Part shown: in pieces, positions 30,776 through 40,887 of the stretch
Layout: each line of letters begins with the position of its first letter
Position numbering within the stretch: position 1 is the stretch's first letter
Assembly: GCA_051439605.1 (NCBI GenBank)
Contig: JBFRWN010000065.1
Span: 19,833 to 83,832, forward strand
Direction: 5' to 3'
DNA length: 64,000 nucleotides
DNA from: Synechococcus sp.
GTDB taxonomy: Bacteria; Cyanobacteriota; Cyanobacteriia; Thermostichales; PCC-7336
The notes under the pieces: generated by a model
What the model was told of the DNA's origin: nothing
The model's input: only the letters and a program-made list of their open reading frames with translations
Database searches by the model: none
Program-made: the position numbers and the translations under genes

Positions 30776-30883
30776 TTATCCCTTACCCTGGCTAGCCGTT
30801 TGTACGTAGAGAAGTACCAAAAAAATTGAAGGGACAAACACTACTAGGATGAAAGCCAGCAGACCTAGATAATTGGTTTCCAT
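30776..30883 (-). CDS. psbM: Photosystem II reaction center protein M
   Basis: Manual translation [35 protein letters not shown]; too short for the ORF track. Confidence 0.92.
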   Translation of the reverse strand: METNYLGLLAFILVVFVPSIFLVLLYVQTASQGKG

Positions 30884-31218
30884 AAATCTGTGATTGAAAG
30901 CGCGACGGATTGCTTATAGGCTAACACCCCCTGCAGCTGGTTGATTCAGCACCTTCTGAAAATTAAGAAACATAACGCAGGATTACGTTCCCGGTAGAGA
31001 AGTCTCTACAAGTATCTTCCAAGGGTGACGATCCTGGATTTACCTTTAAGGACTCCCCTAATCTAGGTGGGTTGCCTACAACGTGTATGAGCAAGCGATG
31101 TGCGATCGAGCTTCAAAACGAAGTTAGGTTCAAGTCAATGCCGTAGAGAGCTATTCGCTGACCAGGCATGTAATCTTACAGCTTGTTTTACAGTATTTCG
31201 TACAGCAAGGAGGGATTG

Positions 31219-32241
31219 ATGACAACTCGTGTAGCCATTAATGGATTTGGCCGTATCGGTCGGATGTTTTTGCGCAGTGTGATTCAAAAACCAGGTGATT
31301 TAGAAGTTGTTGCCATTAATGACTTGGCCGATCGCGAAAACCTTGCCTACCTTCTTTCCTACGACTCTGCTCAGGGGCCACTTAAGACAGCCGTAGCATT
31401 GTCAGAGGACGGTTTTATCGTCGGAGGTCAGCAGATTCGCTTATTGTCGGAACGGGACCCTGCCCAGCTTCCTTGGGCCCAAATGAACGTTGACATCGTA
31501 GTAGAAGCTACTGGGTTCTTCACGCAGCGTGACAAAGCAGCGCTACATCTGCAGGCAGGGGCTCGCAAAGTTATCATTTCTGCACCCGCCAAGAACCCCG
31601 ACCTGACGGTAGTCATGGGGGTCAATGACGGCCAATACGATCCCAATCAGCATCACATTATTTCGAATGCATCCTGTACCACTAACTGCTTAGCCCCTCT
31701 GGCCAAGGTGGTCATGGACAATTTCGGCATTGAAACCGGATTTCTTACTACCTGTCATGCATTCACCGCCACTCAAGGATTAATCGATCGGCCTGACAAG
31801 AAAGACATGCGCCGTGGTCGTTCCGCCGCCATGTCAATCGTTCCATCTTCCACCGGAGCCGCAACTGCGGTTGCCACAGTGTTACCTGAGTTGGCGGGGA
31901 AACTAGACGGCATGGCATTGCGAGTGCCAACCGTTACTGGTTCCGTAGTTGACTTTGTGGTGCGTACCGAAAAGCAAATTTCTATCGATTTACTCAGTGC
32001 AGCATTGCGCAGTGCCGCCAGCGGATCCATGCTAGGAGTGCTTGGGATCGCCCCATCGAATATGGTGTCCTGCGACATCATCGGCAATCCCTTATCTTCC
32101 ATCGTTGACATTCAATCCACGATGGTGCTTGGGGAATACACAGCCAAGATTCTCTCCTGGTATGACAACGAGTTTGGCTATGCTTCTCGGGTGAAAGACT
32201 TGGCGCAAATGGTGGGAGCCAAGCTGGCCGTAACGGTTTAG
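31219..32241 (+). CDS. gap: Type I glyceraldehyde-3-phosphate dehydrogenase
   Basis: INGFGRIGR, SNASCTTNCL, WYDNE; AGGAGG SD. Confidence 0.95.
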   Translation: MTTRVAINGFGRIGRMFLRSVIQKPGDLEVVAINDLADRENLAYLLSYDSAQGPLKTAVALSEDGFIVGGQQIRLLSERDPAQLPWAQMNVDIVVEATGFFTQRDKAALHLQAGARKVIISAPAKNPDLTVVMGVNDGQYDPNQHHIISNASCTTNCLAPLAKVVMDNFGIETGFLTTCHAFTATQGLIDRPDKKDMRRGRSAAMSIVPSSTGAATAVATVLPELAGKLDGMALRVPTVTGSVVDFVVRTEKQISIDLLSAALRSAASGSMLGVLGIAPSNMVSCDIIGNPLSSIVDIQSTMVLGEYTAKILSWYDNEFGYASRVKDLAQMVGAKLAVTV

Positions 32242-32272
32242 CAAAATTTTGGAAATGGGCTAAGGGTCGCGT

Positions 32273-32365
32273 TATGGTAATCGGCAGCTGGCTTGCATTT
32301 CTCTGCCATCCAGTTCCTTTGCCGGGCAATAGTGTTGCTGCCCTAATGAAATAGCTGCATCTATA
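32273..32365 (-). repeat. MITE-like dispersed repeat, copy F (degenerate)
   Basis: 93 bp, TA-bounded, ends TGAAATAGCTGCATCTATA; colinear with copy B. Confidence 0.45.
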
Positions 32366-32640
32366 AGCTGTAGAAACGAGCGATGGCCTTTCAGGTGTTC
32401 GGTGCTCGTTTTGCGATCCTTACCTTTGTAGAGCAAAGCCTACGCGCCAATACAGCGATTCGGTTTAAGCAATCCCCCCTGCAGCTCCTATACGCCTCTA
32501 GCGAGTGACAAATTCAGTCTTTACCTTTGCACTTGTAGTGATTCACTCGCAGGCGCTCGATGCCCCCATTCAGTCCCACTACAATGATGTGAAGTGCACC
32601 TGCATAAGAGGTACAAAGCGCCGTGATAAGGAATAGTTCG

Positions 32641-33102
32641 ATGGTTCAAGAGCGGCTGCTAGCCTGCTTACCCTACATCCTGCCAATGGTTCAAGCGTTA
32701 CCGTTGGGGATGGACTTATACCGAAGAGTTCCACTCATCGGCCAGCTTGTCAGACCGCTATTTCCCCTCTTTCCAATTCTCGAAGGTAACTTTCTTATCA
32801 GCTTAGCCATCTTCTTCGGATTGTTGTTCGGCGTTGTGCGAAATCGCTCGATTGGCCGGTTCATTCGCTTCAACACGATGCAAGCTTTGCTAATGGTTAT
32901 CGGTCTCAGTCTGCTGCAGATCCTATTTGGAGCTTTAGTGCCAATACTTCGAGGCCTGGGTCCGCTGACAACAACTATGGCTTCCGGACTATTTTTACTG
33001 ACCTTTGGGTTGTCTATTTACGCGTTTGTCCAAAATCTGCAGGGTAAGTACACAGACATTCCGGTTCTCTCGCAAGCAGCTGAGAGTCAAGTCGGCTATT
33101 AA
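32641..33102 (+). CDS. Tic20/Ycf60 family membrane protein
   Basis: RLLACLPYILP, VVRN..I.RFIRFNTMQALL, GKYTDIP..S.AA. Confidence 0.88.
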   Translation: MVQERLLACLPYILPMVQALPLGMDLYRRVPLIGQLVRPLFPLFPILEGNFLISLAIFFGLLFGVVRNRSIGRFIRFNTMQALLMVIGLSLLQILFGALVPILRGLGPLTTTMASGLFLLTFGLSIYAFVQNLQGKYTDIPVLSQAAESQVGY

Positions 33103-33206
33103 GCCAGCAGCAAATTAGTGGTATGCATATTAGCCTTAAACCACGCGATTACACCCTTCAGCCTGTTATCGACTGGCCCCGATCGACAGCATGACTTGGT
33201 ACGGTA

Positions 33207-33253
33207 TGAGATAGTGCCATGCTGAGGACATTGCCATGATGAGACAGTGCCAT
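33207..33253 (+). repeat. Triple direct repeat upstream of sigG
   Basis: TGAGATAGTGCCAT / TGAGGACATTGCCAT / TGAGACAGTGCCAT. Confidence 0.7.
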
Positions 33254-33310
33254 CTTTAAGGAGGGTTAGCAGTTTCCACGATAAAAAGGTATGAGATATT
33301 GTTGAAATCG

Positions 33311-33337
33311 GGAACTAAAGTTTTCTTCGGTGCGTCT
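33311..33337 (+). promoter_or_regulatory. ECF-sigma (autoregulatory) promoter
   Basis: GGAACT-N17-GTCT about 80 nt upstream of the ECF sigma gene. Confidence 0.65.
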
Positions 33338-33418
33338 TAAAGACAAGTGTGAATATTACTGCATCAGATGCAGTTGTAGGTAGCGCTAGAAACCTACGTA
33401 CCGGAGCATTCATTCTAT

Positions 33419-34075
33419 ATGAGCGAAGCTTCATCTTTGACTTGGTCACAATCCATTGCGCAGTCTAGGCGACCTCTACCGCCAGCCAACTTAACGACGT
33501 TGGAGTTAATTGTTTCCTGTCAGTCAACGCTACGTCCTAACAAACCGGCATTTGCCGAACTGATTCGTCGCCATCAGTCAGATGTAGATCGTATCTTGTA
33601 CCACTTGGCCCCAGATTGGAACGATCGCCATGACTTAGCCCAAGAGGTATGGTTAAGGGCATTCCGTAATCTGCGTCGATTGAAGGATCCAGCAAAGTTT
33701 AAGGGATGGCTCAACCGCATCGCCACTAATTTGTTTTATGACGAATTGCGCAAGCGTAAACGTAATCGCCGCCCTCTTTCGTTAGATGCTCAAATTCCCG
33801 TCAACGATGGGGCAATCGATTGGGAATTGCCAAGCGAAGCCATCAGCCCGGATGAAGCTCTCAGCACCCAAGAATTTTACGAGCACCTGCATAGAGCGGT
33901 ACAGGAGCTACCGGATGCTTTTCGACAAACCATTGTACTGCGAGAGATTCAGGGGTTGCCCTACGAAGACATTGCTGAAATCACTAATGTCTCTTTGGGA
34001 ACTGTAAAGTCACGCATTGCTAGAGCGCGTACGCGATTGCAAGCTATGCTAAAACCCTATTTAGAGGGTAAATGA
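33419..34075 (+). CDS. sigG: ECF RNA polymerase sigma factor SigG (RpoE-type)
   Basis: LYHLAPDW..RHDLAQEVW, IATNLFYDELRKRKR, GTVKSRIARAR. Confidence 0.9.
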   Translation: MSEASSLTWSQSIAQSRRPLPPANLTTLELIVSCQSTLRPNKPAFAELIRRHQSDVDRILYHLAPDWNDRHDLAQEVWLRAFRNLRRLKDPAKFKGWLNRIATNLFYDELRKRKRNRRPLSLDAQIPVNDGAIDWELPSEAISPDEALSTQEFYEHLHRAVQELPDAFRQTIVLREIQGLPYEDIAEITNVSLGTVKSRIARARTRLQAMLKPYLEGK

Positions 34076-34091
34076 GGAGGGTCACTATCTG

Positions 34092-34658
34092 ATGAAACAT
34101 CGACCCAGACAACACCTGTCTTCATTTGAGCCAGATGAAACAAGGTGGGAGCTGTTAAGTGCCTATATTGATGGAGAGTTAACTGCTCCTGAACGCCAAC
34201 AGGTGGAGCAATGGTTGCAATCTGATTCGAGATATCAGCAAGATTGCCGAAACTTTATGCGACTAAAGCATGGGCTCTCTAACGTATCCGTGCCCTCTAC
34301 AGCAACCACAGCCAGTGTTTCTGGCAATGAAGTGGCCGAACGAGTTTTGGAAGAATTGGATCGATCTCCGCTAACTGCGTTTGTTTCTCCTAAAGTCGCT
34401 CGGCGTTGTGCCCAAGTCGCAGCTGGCTTAGCACTGCTCATCGGTGGAGGAGTGTTTTGGCAACTCAATCAAAATCAGTCTCATCAACTAGCCGTTTCGA
34501 TCGACCAGCCTCTCGTTGAAATTCCAGACGATCTACCCTCCGATCCATCCATTGAGGCTTTTTCCTCCGAGCTGGTGTCTACGGATGAAGCTAAGTTATA
34601 CCTGCTTTCGCCAAGCAGCTCTGACGACGCATATTCCATTCTATTGACTGACGGTTAG
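34092..34658 (+). CDS. Transmembrane anti-sigma factor
   Basis: RWELLSAYIDGELTAPERQQVEQWL, one TM helix, directly follows sigG. Confidence 0.85.
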   Translation: MKHRPRQHLSSFEPDETRWELLSAYIDGELTAPERQQVEQWLQSDSRYQQDCRNFMRLKHGLSNVSVPSTATTASVSGNEVAERVLEELDRSPLTAFVSPKVARRCAQVAAGLALLIGGGVFWQLNQNQSHQLAVSIDQPLVEIPDDLPSDPSIEAFSSELVSTDEAKLYLLSPSSSDDAYSILLTDG

Positions 34659-34849
34659 ACAAATGAATAGAGTTTCTAACTAGTAAGCCTGAGTTTGTTA
34701 GGAATCCCCGTTATCTTAGGAAAATAGGATTAGTCCGAGACACAAGACTCGTCGTTCAAATTCTTTTCGGTGCGTCCCTGACGTGTCTATCACTAACGTG
34801 TCAGAGGATATCAGCACATATTCTGTTCCCTTGGTTATGTTCTTGTCTC

Positions 34850-35434
34850 ATGCTTTTCTCTGCGGCCTCTAGATTACAGTCGATCTCTAAGTTAAAAGCG
34901 ATCGTCCGCACTATTGAGGCGTATCTTTACAGCGATGTGGCAGGAGCGATCTTGGTGGCTAGCGTCCTGGGGATATCTGTAGGCTCTTCCGCTCCGGCAC
35001 AAACTATGCCACCAGTAGGCGAGCTGTCTGACCCTGTCACGAACCGTCTTCTTGAATCCGAGGGGGCTAACAAACTTTTGTCGGAATTAGAGTTAAATAG
35101 TTTACCTCAGCCCCTCAAGCCTTTCCCCTTACTCGATTTAGAGCTTCTCATCCTGCTGCCTAACACTGAAACCATCGCGTGGCTAGATCGACAATTTGCT
35201 GCAGCTGTAGCTCCCATCAATGCCCGCATTGAATTTCGTCAGGATCTGCTGTTGCAACTGCTCAGCGAACCTAACACTAGCGATCATCAAATTCGTCAAG
35301 CGCAATTGATACTCAGTCAGTTGCGGGCGGAAAGAGATCGAATGGCCATAGAGCATTTACTGCTAGTGCGCCAATTAAGTGATGACGGTAAGCTACCTCG
35401 TCCATCCGAGCAACCCCTGGTAAGACTGGATTAG
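34850..35434 (+). CDS. Hypothetical exported protein, possibly Spy/CpxP-like
   Basis: Signal-like segment and helical C-terminus (LLSEPNTSDHQIRQAQ..LSQLR). Confidence 0.55.
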   Translation: MLFSAASRLQSISKLKAIVRTIEAYLYSDVAGAILVASVLGISVGSSAPAQTMPPVGELSDPVTNRLLESEGANKLLSELELNSLPQPLKPFPLLDLELLILLPNTETIAWLDRQFAAAVAPINARIEFRQDLLLQLLSEPNTSDHQIRQAQLILSQLRAERDRMAIEHLLLVRQLSDDGKLPRPSEQPLVRLD

Positions 35435-35558
35435 CTGATTGGCAGGTGCTTAAGCTAAAACTGTCAAGGTCAAGAAAACCTCACGAGCGTATCCAAAGAT
35501 AGGGGTTTTGTGGATAAAAGTTACTGAACGAACTTGACGTCTACTATTTCTGCTCACC

Positions 35559-35708
35559 TTATCTCCGGCTATTGGCTCGAATCCACTCTCTGCCCCCCCA
35601 CTCAGCAGCGGTAGGGTTAGAAAATATGCGATCTCCATGGTAGATAAACCCCGAACTGTTCATAACCTCGAAGTGACAGCCATGACAATCGCTGAAACAT
35701 AGCAACAT
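35559..35708 (-). CDS. Small hypothetical protein (49 aa)
   Basis: MLLCFSDCHGCHFEVMNSSGFIYHGDRIFSNPTAAEWGGREWI; GGAG SD. Confidence 0.5.
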   Translation of the reverse strand: MLLCFSDCHGCHFEVMNSSGFIYHGDRIFSNPTAAEWGGREWIRANSRR

Positions 35709-36078
35709 GTAGTCTCCAGTAGCTATTACCAGGTGGATTCTCACATTCACAGGTGGCATTCCCTTGCCCATCTGGGCTGCAGGGGGTCTTCTTAAACCAT
35801 ACTGGCTTTTACTGACAATTTTTATTTTTTCTTAAGTAACTGTTGCTGATAGGGCTGATGTGAAAATAATTCCTCATTGCGAAATAACGCTCTGGTTGAT
35901 GCTGGAACTCTGGACGACCCATAGAGTTCGATTCCGCATTTCTTTCAATCAAAAGAGCGATCTCAGCCAAAATCATTACTCAAAGGACTTTCAAGAGAGC
36001 AGTTGAGGACAGCAAGCTCAATGAGAAGGGGAGCAGGCGAGCGAAATCTCGATCCTAAAATTCCCACAAATAACTGTA

Positions 36079-36138
36079 GTAATTTCACACAGGGTAGTGG
36101 AACTCAACTGAACAGGATTTGCGGGGGTGTGAAATTAC
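36079..36138. repeat. Perfect 12-bp inverted repeat
   Basis: GTAATTTCACAC (36079-36090) and GTGTGAAATTAC (36127-36138), 36-nt spacer. Confidence 0.75.
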
Positions 36139-36355
36139 CACGCAGCTGGAATTTCTATCGATCGCCATAGAGTCAGTTGACAAACAGAGTTAGGGACTCT
36201 ACTGGTATGTTGCCAGCAGCCATCTAGGTCGATGCCGCCACCAATCGCTACAACAATTATCACTCTTCAAAGAGCTAGCGATTGTCTGACAGCCATCGCA
36301 GTCCAACCAGCTTATTATTGGGCTGGCTCTTACCGGCATTCTGACAAGTCCCCAT

Positions 36356-36661
36356 TCACCGACGATGGCGAGATCGAGACCGAACTGTTAAGCCAATCTG
36401 GATGAGTTGGAATATGCTCGCAACCTGTTGTGAAAGCTGCTTTATTTTCTGGTTGCTGTTGAAAATCAGCTGATTGAGTCGATCGAACCGATCTGGAACT
36501 AACTCTAAAGGCTGGGCTGCGATATAACGACGATCGAAAAAGCGCTGAGCACTTTTGAGCCATCGGGGTAATTTGAGGACTACCCGTAGCACCCGAAACA
36601 ATAGCAAAAGAAAGCCGAAATTAAATGCCACAACGGCGATCGCCCAAAGATTAACCGGCAT
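36356..36661 (-). CDS. Hypothetical membrane protein
   Basis: N-terminal TM helix and coiled C-terminus; divergent from the GT2 gene. Confidence 0.5.
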   Translation of the reverse strand: MPVNLWAIAVVAFNFGFLLLLFRVLRVVLKLPRWLKSAQRFFDRRYIAAQPLELVPDRFDRLNQLIFNSNQKIKQLSQQVASIFQLIQIGLTVRSRSRHRR

Positions 36662-36711
36662 ATTTATGCAGCCCTCTATAAATCCTGCCGAAGTATATTC
36701 ATACTGTTTGA

Positions 36712-37458
36712 GTGGTGTTGACGGTTGTTGCTTTGAGCCCCTCAGACTGTATAGCTATCATCGTACCGACCTATCAAGAGGAAGGCTCCATTGCGACCTG
36801 CCTGCAAAGCTTGCAGGGACAGACACCTCCTTTTGAAATTATTGTCGCGGATGGTGGTTCCACCGACCGCACCCAAGCAATTGCCTTCAGCCAACGGGTC
36901 TTGAGCTCGGCCGGAGATACAGTCCCAATTCAGGTACTGCAATCCCCCTATCGGGCTAGAGCATTGCAGATGAACTTCGGGGCTCAACAGACCCGCGCGA
37001 ATATTTTGCTCTTTCTGCATGCAGATTCTTTGTTGCCAGAAAAGGCGCTGCAAGCTGTCCGACAGGCGATGCTCTCCCCACAAACGGTAGGAGGTCGATT
37101 CAGTGTAGACCTGGATCGGCCAGGTTGGCCCTACAACGCTATCTCCTGGGGCATCAATGTGCGTTCGCGCATCACCGGTTTGTTTACTGGAGATATGGGG
37201 ATTTTCGTGCGGCGATCTCTATTCGAGCAACTGGGTGGATATCCAGATCAACCTCTTATGGAAGATTTTGAACTCTCCCGGCAGCTGCAAAAGCTGGGCT
37301 CGGTGGCCTACTTAACCAATCGAATTGTCACCTCTAGCCGCCGCTGGCAACAAGATGGTCCCTGGAAAACCGTGGCATTGATGCAAATGATTCGAGCCGG
37401 CTACCAGGCCGGTATCTCCTCTGAACAACTGGCCCGCTGGTATCGAACTATTCGCTAA
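36712..37458 (+). CDS. Glycosyltransferase family 2 (TIGR04283-like)
   Basis: IIVPTYQE, DGGSTD, RALQMNFGA, LFLHAD, GD.GIF, LMED, TSSRRW. Confidence 0.85.
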   Translation: MVLTVVALSPSDCIAIIVPTYQEEGSIATCLQSLQGQTPPFEIIVADGGSTDRTQAIAFSQRVLSSAGDTVPIQVLQSPYRARALQMNFGAQQTRANILLFLHADSLLPEKALQAVRQAMLSPQTVGGRFSVDLDRPGWPYNAISWGINVRSRITGLFTGDMGIFVRRSLFEQLGGYPDQPLMEDFELSRQLQKLGSVAYLTNRIVTSSRRWQQDGPWKTVALMQMIRAGYQAGISSEQLARWYRTIR

Positions 37459-37676
37459 TCTGCGTTCTGTCAGAATCACCAGTTAACCCTCAAATCTTAG
37501 ACTGGTCTGTCTTAGCTACACTCGAAAGACGATTTGGCCCTGAAAAACAACTGGCAAGATACGGCCCTATTACGCTTGTTATTCAGGCCATCTACAAATT
37601 GTTGGAATCTTGTCCGTAAGAGGGCTTTTGAACAGGTGTTCCAACACGAACAAACCGGTTCCCAATCCATGAAAAT

Positions 37677-38672
37677 CTAAACCTTCATTGCTCCACGAGG
37701 ATCGTAGGACTGAACCTGCTGCAGCTTCTCGTATAGTTCGCGTTCCGCTGGAGTGATCGTACTCGGCACATTTACCTGAATCACCACAAACTGGTCGCCG
37801 CGGATCCCCTTTCCTTTTGGAAATCCTTTGCTCCCCAGCCGCATTTTTTGGCCGGACTGCACCCCCGCTGGCAAATTCAGCTTGACTGATCCATCCAATG
37901 TAGGCACCTCCACGGGTCCCCCTAAGGCTGCTTCGCTGGGGGAGATCGGCAAATTGCAATAGATATCCGCCCCTTCTAGGCGAAAAAAGGCGTGCGGCTT
38001 TATCTCAACTTTTAGATACAGGTCTCCTTGCCCACCGCTCGGGTTGGGGTGACCCTGTCCCCGCAAGCGAATCTTCTTGCCATCCGTTACCCCAGCTGGA
38101 ATATTAATCTCTAGGGTGCGCGAGCCTTCAACCCGCAGGCGGCGCTTGCCCCCCGCATAGGCTTCAGGAATCGTTAACGGAATGGACGCTTCAGCGTTAT
38201 AACTGGGCTGGGACCGACCCCCCCTCGGAGCCCCCACATTGCCGAATCCCGAAGTTCCAAAACCAGAACCGCCAAATCCAACTCCTGGGCCGTAGCCGCC
38301 GCCGCTGCCTCCCATACGCCCCAGCAGTTGATCGATGAAATCTTGGAAGTCATCGAACTGGCTAAAATCAACCGTCTGGCCCACAGCAGGATCGAAATCC
38401 CCAAAGGGGCTGCCGGCAGCCCGACCTCCACCTCGGAAGCCACCCTGGTTGAAATACTGACCAAATTGATCGTACTGTTGGCGCTTTTTTCTGTCGGAGA
38501 GTACTTCGTAGGCTTCGCTGACATCTTTGAATTTATTTTCTGCCCCTTTATCTCCAGGGTTAACATCGGGGTGATATTTGCGGGCTAGCTTGCGGAATGC
38601 ACCTTTAATCTCTTCGTTACTAGCACTGCGACCCACCCCCAAAATTTTGTAGTAGTCCTTAAAATTTTGCAT
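37677..38672 (-). CDS. dnaJ: Class II DnaJ co-chaperone (no Zn finger)
   Basis: J-domain HPD, G/F-rich region, DnaJ_C, no CxxCxGxG. Confidence 0.93.
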   Translation of the reverse strand: MQNFKDYYKILGVGRSASNEEIKGAFRKLARKYHPDVNPGDKGAENKFKDVSEAYEVLSDRKKRQQYDQFGQYFNQGGFRGGGRAAGSPFGDFDPAVGQTVDFSQFDDFQDFIDQLLGRMGGSGGGYGPGVGFGGSGFGTSGFGNVGAPRGGRSQPSYNAEASIPLTIPEAYAGGKRRLRVEGSRTLEINIPAGVTDGKKIRLRGQGHPNPSGGQGDLYLKVEIKPHAFFRLEGADIYCNLPISPSEAALGGPVEVPTLDGSVKLNLPAGVQSGQKMRLGSKGFPKGKGIRGDQFVVIQVNVPSTITPAERELYEKLQQVQSYDPRGAMKV

Positions 38673-38843
38673 TTCGTCTTCCTCAACAACCGACGAGACG
38701 GATTGTGGGTCTCATCTCTACTACTCAATCAAACCGAAAGATTCGATCGAAGTGAGGGGATGAGGGCTTGCCAGCACACAACCAGCCAAGCGATCCCACC
38801 CACCCAATACTCAAGCTCATGATCCCTTCGTCCAAGCACTTAC

Positions 38844-38887
38844 AAAAACGGGGCATGCCGTTTGTCATGTCAACAAGCACGCCCCGC
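38844..38887 (-). terminator. Terminator-like hairpin after dnaK
   Basis: Minus strand CGGGGCGTGC...GCATGCCCCG followed by TTTTT. Confidence 0.55.
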
Positions 38888-38979
38888 TTCGAAATCATTA
38901 GCTCAAGAAACGGCCATCCCGAGATTTCTCTTTTTCAAGCACGAGTCTCGAGACACTGCAAAGCTACACAACAAGCGCT

Positions 38980-40887
38980 TTAGCTTTCGGTGAACTCAGC
39001 ATCGATGACATCTTCTTCGCCACCGCTGGCACCGCCACCTGGGGCGTCAGCACCGGGGGCACCAGCCGCTGCACCCTCTGGAGCCGCCTGTTGATACAGT
39101 TCGCTGCTGATGGCATACAGAGCTTCTTGGAGAGCAGTCTCCTTCGCCTGAATGGCATCGTCATCTTCTTTTTGAATGGCATCCCGCAATTCAACGATTA
39201 GAGTTTGCAGGTTGTCTTTCTTGTCGGCAGGAATCTTATCGCCATTATCAGCAATCTGCTTTTCTGCTTGATAAGCCAAGCTGTCGGCACGGTTACGACG
39301 CTCAATTTTCTCGCGGCGCTCTTTATCTTCATCCGCGAATTTCTCGGCTTCGGACACCATTCGATCGACCTCAGCATTGTCGAGGGTGGATGCACCTGTG
39401 ATGGAGATGCTCTGCTCCTTACCGGTTCCCTTGTCTTTAGCAGATACGTTGAGCAGACCGTTGGCATCAATGTCAAACGTAACTTCAATTTGAGGGACGC
39501 CGCGGGGAGCAGGGGGAATGCCGTCTAGTTTGAATCGACCCAGAGACTTATTGTCCCGAGCCATTTCGCGCTCGCCCTGAATGACATGAATTTCTACAGA
39601 GGACTGGCCGTCTTCTGCAGTGGAGAAGGTCTCGGACTTGCGGGTAGGAACGGTGGTGTTACGGGGGATGAGTTTAGTAGACACTCCACCAAGGGTCTCA
39701 ACACCTAGAGACAGAGGGGTCACATCCAGCAGGAGAACGTCCTTGACTTCACCCGCAAGAACACCCGCTTGGATTGCAGCACCGACAGCAACCACCTCAT
39801 CGGGGTTTACAGACTCGTTGGCGTCTTTGCCAATCAAGTCCTTAACCAGAGTCTTGACAGCAGGAATCCGGGTAGAACCACCCACCAGAACCACTTCATC
39901 GATGTCAGACTTACTCAGCTTGGCATCGGCGATCGCCTGTTCGACAGGATGGCGAATGCGATCGAAGAGGCCGGAGGAGATTTTCTCGAACTGGGCACGG
40001 GATAGTTTCAGGTCGAGATGCTTGGGACCTTCAGCAGTCGCAGTAATGAAGGGCAGGTTGATACTGGTTTCTGCAACGCTGGACAGCTCTATTTTGGCTT
40101 TTTCAGCTGCTTCGGTCAGCCGCTGCAGTGCTTGACGATCCTTAAGCAGATCGACACCTTCCAGCTTTTGGAATTCATCGGCCAGCCAGTCCACGATCGC
40201 CTTATCGAAGTCATCCCCCCCCAATTGGGTATCGCCGCTGGTGGACTTCACTTCAAAGACGCCATCGCCCACTTCTAGGACGGAAACGTCGAAAGTACCG
40301 CCTCCAAGGTCAAATACGAGAATCATCTCGTTGCTCTTGCGGTCAAGGCCGTAAGCCAAAGATGCAGCTGTAGGCTCGTTGATAATGCGCTTGACTTCTA
40401 AACCGGCAATGCGGCCAGCGTCTTTCGTTGCTTGACGTTGAGAGTCATTGAAATAGGCGGGAACGGTAATCACAGCCTCGGTCACAGTCTGACCTAGGTA
40501 CTTACTGGCTTCGTCCACCAGCTTGCGCAGCACCATGGCCGAAATTTCTTCGGGGGCAAATTCTTTTCCTTGGCGCGGGCAATTGATCTTGACGTTTCCC
40601 TTGGAGTCCTTGATTGCTTTGTAAGGAATCTCCAGAGTTTGGGGATTGAGTTCGTCGTACTTGCGACCGATAAATCGCTTAACAGAAAAGAATGTATTTT
40701 CGGGGTTGAGGACCGCTTGACGGCGGGCCATTTGACCGACCAAACGATCGCCATCTTTGCTGAAACCAACAACAGAGGGGGTGGTGCGGGTACCTTCTGC
40801 GTTTGCAATAACGGTGGGCTGTCCCCCTTCCATTACTGCAACCACCGAGTTGGTGGTACCTAAGTCAATTCCGACTACTTTGCCCAT
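38980..40887 (-). CDS. dnaK: Chaperone DnaK (Hsp70)
   Basis: [30 protein letters not shown], tail VIDAEF; ATG at 40887. Confidence 0.98.
   Translation of the reverse strand: MGKVVGIDLGTTNSVVAVMEGGQPTVIANAEGTRTTPSVVGFSKDGDRLVGQMARRQAVLNPENTFFSVKRFIGRKYDELNPQTLEIPYKAIKDSKGNVKINCPRQGKEFAPEEISAMVLRKLVDEASKYLGQTVTEAVITVPAYFNDSQRQATKDAGRIAGLEVKRIINEPTAASLAYGLDRKSNEMILVFDLGGGTFDVSVLEVGDGVFEVKSTSGDTQLGGDDFDKAIVDWLADEFQKLEGVDLLKDRQALQRLTEAAEKAKIELSSVAETSINLPFITATAEGPKHLDLKLSRAQFEKISSGLFDRIRHPVEQAIADAKLSKSDIDEVVLVGGSTRIPAVKTLVKDLIGKDANESVNPDEVVAVGAAIQAGVLAGEVKDVLLLDVTPLSLGVETLGGVSTKLIPRNTTVPTRKSETFSTAEDGQSSVEIHVIQGEREMARDNKSLGRFKLDGIPPAPRGVPQIEVTFDIDANGLLNVSAKDKGTGKEQSISITGASTLDNAEVDRMVSEAEKFADEDKERREKIERRNRADSLAYQAEKQIADNGDKIPADKKDNLQTLIVELRDAIQKEDDDAIQAKETALQEALYAISSELYQQAAPEGAAAGAPGADAPGGGASGGEEDVIDAEFTES

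Noticed and set aside
33207..33253. CRISPR interpretation of the direct repeats
   Set aside because: Repeats are too short, separated by only 2 nt, and no cas genes are present.
35509..35517. Perfect E. coli-type DnaA box TGTGGATAA
   Set aside because: Single isolated 9-mer, compatible with chance.
35920..35940. GTTCGATTCC tRNA T-loop-like sequence (also GTTCAAGTC near 49638)
   Set aside because: No T-stem or cloverleaf can be formed.
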